From Armatimonadota bacterium (GTDB lineage: Bacteria > Armatimonadota > Zipacnadia > Zipacnadales > UBA5352), in the NCBI GenBank assembly GCA_034722055.1, contig JAYENL010000193.1, positions 1 through 30,105 on the forward strand: a stretch of 30,105 bases of DNA, given 5' to 3'. A model generated the notes under the pieces. It was not told the origin of the DNA, did no database searches, and worked only from the letters and a program-made list of their open reading frames with translations. Position numbers and translations under genes: made by a program. Below are positions 24,805-30,105 of the stretch, in pieces (the stretch's first letter is position 1; each line of letters opens with the position of its first letter).

Positions 24805-25545
24805 TCAGTAGCCGCGCTGGTTGTACTCCCGCTCTGCCTGCTGGTTGTACTCCCTGCCGCCGGGCCGGTTGACGCTCATGTACACATGCGGGGGAGTGCC
24901 CATCTGCGTCATCCTGTCGATGACCTGGCCGCAGATCATCCACCCGATGACGATGTGCGCCACTCCGGAGATGGGCAGCACCCGGTGCTCGTAGGCATCC
25001 GCCTCCAGGCAGGCGTCGCCGAAGGGGGCGCAGTTGTCGATGACGATGTCCGCCACGTCACAGAGCCGCTGGCCCGACGGATGATCGGACTCGATCTGCC
25101 GGGTGTACTCCAGCGAGGTCAGACCGATGACGGTCAGCCCCGCCTCCGACGCGGCGCGCGCCAGCTCCACGGTGCGGCGGGTGCGACCGCTGACCGAGGC
25201 CACCATCAGCACATCGCCGGGCCGCATCTCGCTGGCGCGCACGGCCAGGCGAACCTGCTCCAGGTCGGGCTCGACAGGCTCGGACCGGCGCCTGCCGCGC
25301 CGGCAGTCGGCGATGGGGCTGCTCACGTTGAAGCTGAAGGAGAAGATCCTCGTGGCGAGCAGTCCGCCGGCGCGGTGGGTCAGCTCCCGCTCGCCCCCGT
25401 GCCCGATGTTGTAGACCCAGAAGGCGCCGCCGCCAAGGAGCGCGTCACTGATGGCGTTGGCCGCCTCGGTGATGCGCTCCATCTGCGTGTCCTCAATGCG
25501 ACCCGTGAGGTTGCGAACCGCCTGGGCGTACTGCTCAGCCAGCAC
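24805..25545 (-). CDS. Second SIS-domain protein (UPF0309-like paralog)
   Basis: YNIGHG, ELTHRAGGL, GDVLMVASVSGR, SDHPSGQRL, VIDNCAPFGD, PHVYMSVNRPGG; GTG start. Confidence 0.88.
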   Translation of the reverse strand: MLAEQYAQAVRNLTGRIEDTQMERITEAANAISDALLGGGAFWVYNIGHGGERELTHRAGGLLATRIFSFSFNVSSPIADCRRGRRRSEPVEPDLEQVRLAVRASEMRPGDVLMVASVSGRTRRTVELARAASEAGLTVIGLTSLEYTRQIESDHPSGQRLCDVADIVIDNCAPFGDACLEADAYEHRVLPISGVAHIVIGWMICGQVIDRMTQMGTPPHVYMSVNRPGGREYNQQAEREYNQRGY

Positions 25546-25562
25546 GGGATTCCACCGCCCGC

Positions 25563-26555
25563 CTACGAGGTAGTCTCGTCCGCTTCCGCCTCCATGGCCT
25601 GCAGGTGCTCCTCCTGCGTCTGCACGATGCGATCCATCAGCGCACGCGTCGTCTCGACCCCCATCTCGCGAAGCCCGATGAGGGCGGCGCCAACCGCCGG
25701 ACGCACCCGGGGGATGATGGGTCGCATGCCGGGGACGACCTCACGGATTCGCTCGCACATGTGCTCCCACCACAGGCGGGATTTCTGCGCCACGCTGCCG
25801 GAGGCGATCACAGGCAGCTCCACGTCCTCCATGCCCATCTCCTCGATCAGCTCCACCGCGAAGTCGGCCAGCTCATCGGCGGCCTCCCGCACGCACCGCG
25901 CGGCGACGGCATCGCCTCCCTCCGCCTCGCCATCCACGACCCGGCTCAGCGCCGCGATGTCCCGCCGGGAGAGCGCCTGCTCGTGGTAGACCAGGTCGAA
26001 GACCTCCGGGAGCGTCTCTGCGCCCAGAGCCTCCGGCACCGCCTCCATCAGGGACGTGCGGCGCGGCTCCAGCCAGCTAGACGCGAAGGCCGCGCGCAGA
26101 CCCCTCAGGCCGATGTCGTAGGCGCTGCCGTAGTCGCCCAGGACCGGCCCCAGGCCGCCGACGTGTCGCTCGCGGCCCTGGGGCGTGCGCAGGTGTATGA
26201 AGGAGCCGGTGCCCGCCAGCACGACCATCCCCCACTGCTCGCCAGCCGATGAGAGGGCAAGCTGCACCTCCCCCGCCCTCAGCGTGGCGACGACCTCACC
26301 TGCGCCGCGCACCACCCGCCAGGCCTCCGGCGAGTAGAAGACCCCCGTTACCCACAGACGGGCATCGGAGATCCCCTCCAGGGCCTCCGCGACGGCATCC
26401 GCGAAGGACGCCGCGATCACCTCGGACGTGTCATACCAGGGATGGGTGGGGCCGCCGCGTCCCCACCCGGCCACGGTGCCGTCCTCGGCGACCAGCACGA
26501 CGTCGCACTTGGAGCCGCCGCCGTCAATACCCAACGCGTATCGCAGGGTCAGCAC
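25563..26555 (-). CDS. BadF/BadG/BcrA/BcrD-type ATPase; N-acetylglucosamine/N-acetylmuramate kinase-like sugar kinase
   Basis: LGIDGGGSK, VVLAGTGS, GGLGPVLGDYGSAYDIG, IAALS, GDAVA, SGSV. Exact start uncertain (GTG 26555 used). Confidence 0.85.
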   Translation of the reverse strand: MLTLRYALGIDGGGSKCDVVLVAEDGTVAGWGRGGPTHPWYDTSEVIAASFADAVAEALEGISDARLWVTGVFYSPEAWRVVRGAGEVVATLRAGEVQLALSSAGEQWGMVVLAGTGSFIHLRTPQGRERHVGGLGPVLGDYGSAYDIGLRGLRAAFASSWLEPRRTSLMEAVPEALGAETLPEVFDLVYHEQALSRRDIAALSRVVDGEAEGGDAVAARCVREAADELADFAVELIEEMGMEDVELPVIASGSVAQKSRLWWEHMCERIREVVPGMRPIIPRVRPAVGAALIGLREMGVETTRALMDRIVQTQEEHLQAMEAEADETTS

Positions 26556-26584
26556 CTCGGAGGCTATGCTCGGAGCGCGCGGCA

Positions 26585-26612
26585 CAGTTCGATGGTTCCA
26601 CCCGGATTCCTC
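26585..26612. repeat. Degenerate arm-B remnant ending in CCGGATTCCTC
   Basis: 26585-26603 CAGTTCGATGGTTCCACCC vs arm B 22959-22977 CAGGTCGAAGGTTCCACCC (17/19); 26602-26612 is the exact reverse complement of 23928-23938. Confidence 0.6.
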
Positions 26613-26620
26613 CCCCGCGC

Positions 26621-29600
26621 TCACTGTCCGTCGCCGAAGATGAGCTGCCCGAACCGCTCCGGCCGCTCGAAGCTGCCGTGGGTGCAGGACCAGCACTGGT
26701 ACTCCGTGGGCGAGCCGGGCTTGCCCTGCCGGGTGCGGTTGAAGTTCGCCAGCCACCGGTCGCCGGGCTGCGGCGCGCTCTCGTAGTCAGCGAAGGGCAC
26801 CATCACCTCCGCGGTCCACTCCTCCTCGCCCACCTGCGACGCGGCGCGCGTGTGCCGGCCCCACCCGGGATGCCCGCCGCGCTCGACGCGTATCGTCCCC
26901 AGGGCGTTGACCAGGTAGTGATCGTGGCCGCCGGGCACCCCGTCCGCGTCGAGATAGAACTCCAGGCAGTCATCCTCCCACACGTGCCCGTCCGTCTCGG
27001 TGACCTCGGCGACGAGCTCGTCCATCTGCGGCTCCGCGCAGCCATATGCCACATACAGCGCTCGCTCGTCCCACGTAAGGAGCACCTCCGTCGGGGTCGG
27101 GGCGGGGCGGCAGTCCTCATTGAGCACGAAGCCCGACAGCCGCGCCGCCCCCTCCCAGGCGGCGTCGTCAAGGCGGCCGTCGAGCTTCGGCGGCTCCTCG
27201 GTCCGCGGCACCACCACCTGCGGGCGCACCAGGACGCTCGCCTCGCCGCGCAGCACGTAGCCCTCCGTGGCGAAGCTGGCCGCCAGCGCGTAATCCCCCT
27301 GGGCGTCGGCGGGGGGCGTCAGGTAGAGATGCGCCGCGCGGGATCGCTCCGGCGGAACCGTCAGCGATCCGGCGGCCTCCACCTCCCAGCCCTCAGGCGG
27401 CGTCACGGTCACGCTGCCCTCTACCGGTTCTGACAGCGGGTTGGTCACCGCCAGGATCACGGGGATGCTCCGCGGGGAGGGCGGCGCCGCCGCCTCGGTC
27501 CGCGTCAGCCTCATGTCATCCAGCAGCCAGGTGAAGGTCGTCTCCAGGTCCGGCTGGTGCTCGTAGAGGTAGATGGAGATCTGCGGGACGTCCCAGCGCG
27601 GCAGACCGCTGATGTCCCACTCCAGCCGCTGCCACTCGCCGGCAGGCACGTCCGCTCGCAGGGAGTGTTGCGTCATCTCACGGTCGTAGACCACCACGGC
27701 GATCGGCCGTGACTGAACGCTGGGGTTCTCATCGGTCACCTTGGCCCACAGGCTCAGCCGGTCGTAGCTGGACCAGTTGGTGAGCCCGGGCACCTCCTCA
27801 GGCTCGAGCTGCGGGTAGTCCTCAGTGCCGTCGCCGTTGGCGGTGATGGTGACCCGGGCCCCGCCCTCACCCTCCTTCACGTCCTCGGTCTCCAGCTCGA
27901 CGCGCCCCTCCAGCGGCCGGTCGGGCGCGAAGCGCCATCCCGCCACGTCGTCCATCGACGCCGCCTGCAGCTCCCGCGGATGATGGGCTGTGACCGGGAT
28001 CACCTCCAGCCGCGGCTGCCGGTAGGGCAGGCCCCAACGCTGCGTCCTGGCGCGGTCGCCCACGGTCACCGTGGCCGCCAGGTCCGCGGTCTCCCACGGC
28101 GACAGTTCGACGCCCCGGAGCATGAACCGAGCGGTCGCGGTCTCGCCGGGCTGCAATCCCTCGAAGTGCCGCCGTTCGGGCTCGATAACCACCGCCTCGG
28201 AGCCGGTGACACCGCGCAGCAGCCTCAGCGCGATGTCCCCTGACAGCGGCCGGTCCGCGGAGTTGGTGAAGGAGACCGTCGCCGCCATCTCCCCGCCCAG
28301 CTCCAGTGCCTCCGCCTCGCTCTCAATCATGGGCGTGCCCAGCGCCAGCGCCGGGGGCAGCTCGACCTCCTGGGCTCCGGTCGCCGAGCAGCGCAGGTCC
28401 TCGAAGGGCCGCCCGTCAGCCCCCATGACGCAGGCCGAACAGGCGAAGGCCTCGTGCCAGTTGTTGGCGACCTTCACCAGCAGCCGGTTCCAGCCTGCAC
28501 GCAGCCTGACCGGGACGATGAACTCATCGGCGCGCAGGCCGTCGGTCACCTCGTCCCGCAGCACCTGCTCTCCGTTGAGCCATACCTGCCCGCGGCCGGT
28601 CGTCCCCACCAGCAGCCGGGCTTTACGCGCCGAGGGCACGTGCAGGTGCGTCATGGCGTAGGCCACGGCCCCATCGATCTGGTCGAACAGCGCCGCCAGC
28701 GGCACCGGCGCCATGCCGCCCTCGGGCGCCAGGTAGTGCTGCCAGGAGAGGCGCTCGGTCCCCTCCCGGTAGGTCGCGCCCGCGCTCGGGTCCCTCTCGG
28801 GCGGATAGACCAGGTCGAGGGCCTCGCAGGAGTCATCGTCGAAGGTGCCCACCACCGCCCAGTCACGCAGGGCCGAGTTGCAGCGCCGCACCCACGCCTC
28901 GGCCGAGGGCTGAGCCTCCACCGGGCGGATGGTCATGCCGGCGAGCTGCCAGCCGGTGCCGTTGCGGTAGCAGGGGCCGACCGCGTCGCCGTCCAGCGTC
29001 ATCTCCAGCCGCCCCTCGTCAACATCCGCCAGGAAGGTGCGGGTGCTGAAGACGCCGCCCCAGTGCTGCGTCCCAAGCAGCTTGCTGACTCCGCCGACAT
29101 CGACGTGCGTGACGCTGCAGCGATAGTAGCTGCCCGGATCGCCCTCGATCAGCGTCACCTCGTAGCGCCCCTCGGGCAGCCGCACCGCGAAGGTCGCCGG
29201 CTCAGTGCCGCGGAGGGTGTCGCCGTGCAGGGCATCGGGCTCCCCACCGCCGTGAGCCGCCGCGTCCGGCGCCGACAGCCAGCCGTAGCCCTGCTGCTCG
29301 GACCACACAGTGTCCGCGCGCACCTCGGTCCAGCCCTCGGCCGCCGCCTCCTCCCCGAAGTCGAACCGATGGGGGGCGTCACTGGCCAGCCGCGCCTGGC
29401 GCTCCGCGCGCTCCTGCGAGAGGTTCTCGTCGATGACCTGCTCCAGCCTGGAGCCGGCCTCCTCGTGCAGGGTCATGGCCGCGTCCAGCGCCTCCTCGGA
29501 GCGACCGGCGGCCAGCAGGCCACGCGCCCGCTGCTCCAGGCCCGCCAGGTCAGAGGTCCGCACCTCGCGGCCGAGTGAGGCCACGTGGATGCGCTCGAGG

Positions 29601-30105
29601 GCGCGTTTCCCCTGGGCCAGCGCGCAGGCGGCCTCCAGCGCCTCTCCGCGATAGATGGCCAGCACGGCGTACTGGTCCACGCGGGGCACCTCGACGCGCG
29701 CCCGTCCATTCGCGACCCGCACCGCAAGCTCCAGCGGCTCCTCCCCCGGTCGCACCAGCGTCGCCCTGTCAGGGTTGAGCCTACGCGGCAGGCGCACATC
29801 CACGACGAAGTCCTCGGCCGGCTCCAGCGTATCCGCGTTGAGGTCCACATCGTAGTTGGTCAGGTGGACCGCCAGCACCCGGCCCTCCGCGCAGAGCCAG
29901 GGGTTCGTCCACAGCAGCATCGGCGCGTCGGTGCGGACGCTCGGCGCCCGGCCGAGGCCGGCCTCCACCACCGAACGTAGCCGCTGGCGCGCCTGCTCGC
30001 GGTCCTCCCCATGCCAGTCATCGATGAACTGCTCGGGCAGCACCACGAAGGCACCGTCGCCGAACGCCACGCGCCTGTCGCTGGCATCCCCGATCACGTC
30101 CGTCA
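26621..30105 (-). CDS. Large multidomain carbohydrate-active/binding protein with C-terminal CBM9-like domain; 5' end outside the window
   Basis: Frame stays open to the window edge. Modules: VLAVHLTNYD beta-sandwich; RFDFG...GW..V...TVW....GYGW galactose-binding-like; WAVVGTF...AVAYA...VWLNG...LRAGWNRLLVKV; NWSSYDRLSLW CBM-like; Ig-like; PKLDGRLDDAAW...WDERALYV...WEDDCLEFYLD...WTAEVMVPF (CBM9-like). Confidence 0.8.
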   Translation of the reverse strand, partial: TDVIGDASDRRVAFGDGAFVVLPEQFIDDWHGEDREQARQRLRSVVEAGLGRAPSVRTDAPMLLWTNPWLCAEGRVLAVHLTNYDVDLNADTLEPAEDFVVDVRLPRRLNPDRATLVRPGEEPLELAVRVANGRARVEVPRVDQYAVLAIYRGEALEAACALAQGKRALERIHVASLGREVRTSDLAGLEQRARGLLAAGRSEEALDAAMTLHEEAGSRLEQVIDENLSQERAERQARLASDAPHRFDFGEEAAAEGWTEVRADTVWSEQQGYGWLSAPDAAAHGGGEPDALHGDTLRGTEPATFAVRLPEGRYEVTLIEGDPGSYYRCSVTHVDVGGVSKLLGTQHWGGVFSTRTFLADVDEGRLEMTLDGDAVGPCYRNGTGWQLAGMTIRPVEAQPSAEAWVRRCNSALRDWAVVGTFDDDSCEALDLVYPPERDPSAGATYREGTERLSWQHYLAPEGGMAPVPLAALFDQIDGAVAYAMTHLHVPSARKARLLVGTTGRGQVWLNGEQVLRDEVTDGLRADEFIVPVRLRAGWNRLLVKVANNWHEAFACSACVMGADGRPFEDLRCSATGAQEVELPPALALGTPMIESEAEALELGGEMAATVSFTNSADRPLSGDIALRLLRGVTGSEAVVIEPERRHFEGLQPGETATARFMLRGVELSPWETADLAATVTVGDRARTQRWGLPYRQPRLEVIPVTAHHPRELQAASMDDVAGWRFAPDRPLEGRVELETEDVKEGEGGARVTITANGDGTEDYPQLEPEEVPGLTNWSSYDRLSLWAKVTDENPSVQSRPIAVVVYDREMTQHSLRADVPAGEWQRLEWDISGLPRWDVPQISIYLYEHQPDLETTFTWLLDDMRLTRTEAAAPPSPRSIPVILAVTNPLSEPVEGSVTVTPPEGWEVEAAGSLTVPPERSRAAHLYLTPPADAQGDYALAASFATEGYVLRGEASVLVRPQVVVPRTEEPPKLDGRLDDAAWEGAARLSGFVLNEDCRPAPTPTEVLLTWDERALYVAYGCAEPQMDELVAEVTETDGHVWEDDCLEFYLDADGVPGGHDHYLVNALGTIRVERGGHPGWGRHTRAASQVGEEEWTAEVMVPFADYESAPQPGDRWLANFNRTRQGKPGSPTEYQCWSCTHGSFERPERFGQLIFGDGQ

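Overview
GC-rich bacterial window. The gene content, especially the DUF6785/6784-type membrane protein and the many multidomain secreted carbohydrate proteins, resembles Armatimonadota; this is an inference. Left: a minus-strand glycine cleavage operon (gcvT fusion, gcvH, gcvPA, gcvPB running off the edge). Its T-protein is fused to a serine hydroxymethyltransferase-like domain that has lost its catalytic residues, including the PLP lysine. Middle: carbohydrate genes (two secreted jelly-roll proteins, glucuronokinase-like GHMP kinase, transaldolase, sulfatase, large GH2, putative clan-A GH, polytopic membrane protein). At 22.66-23.96 kb a RAYT/TnpA-REP-type HUH transposase gene sits between two ~330-bp direct-repeat units, each made of two inverted, highly structured ~80-nt arms around a diverged core. 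Degenerate copies of the same arms plus an 11-bp inverted repeat bracket the neighbouring SIS-SIS-sugar kinase cassette. The window ends inside a large multidomain carbohydrate-binding protein. All calls come from reading the sequence and recognising motifs; no searches were run.
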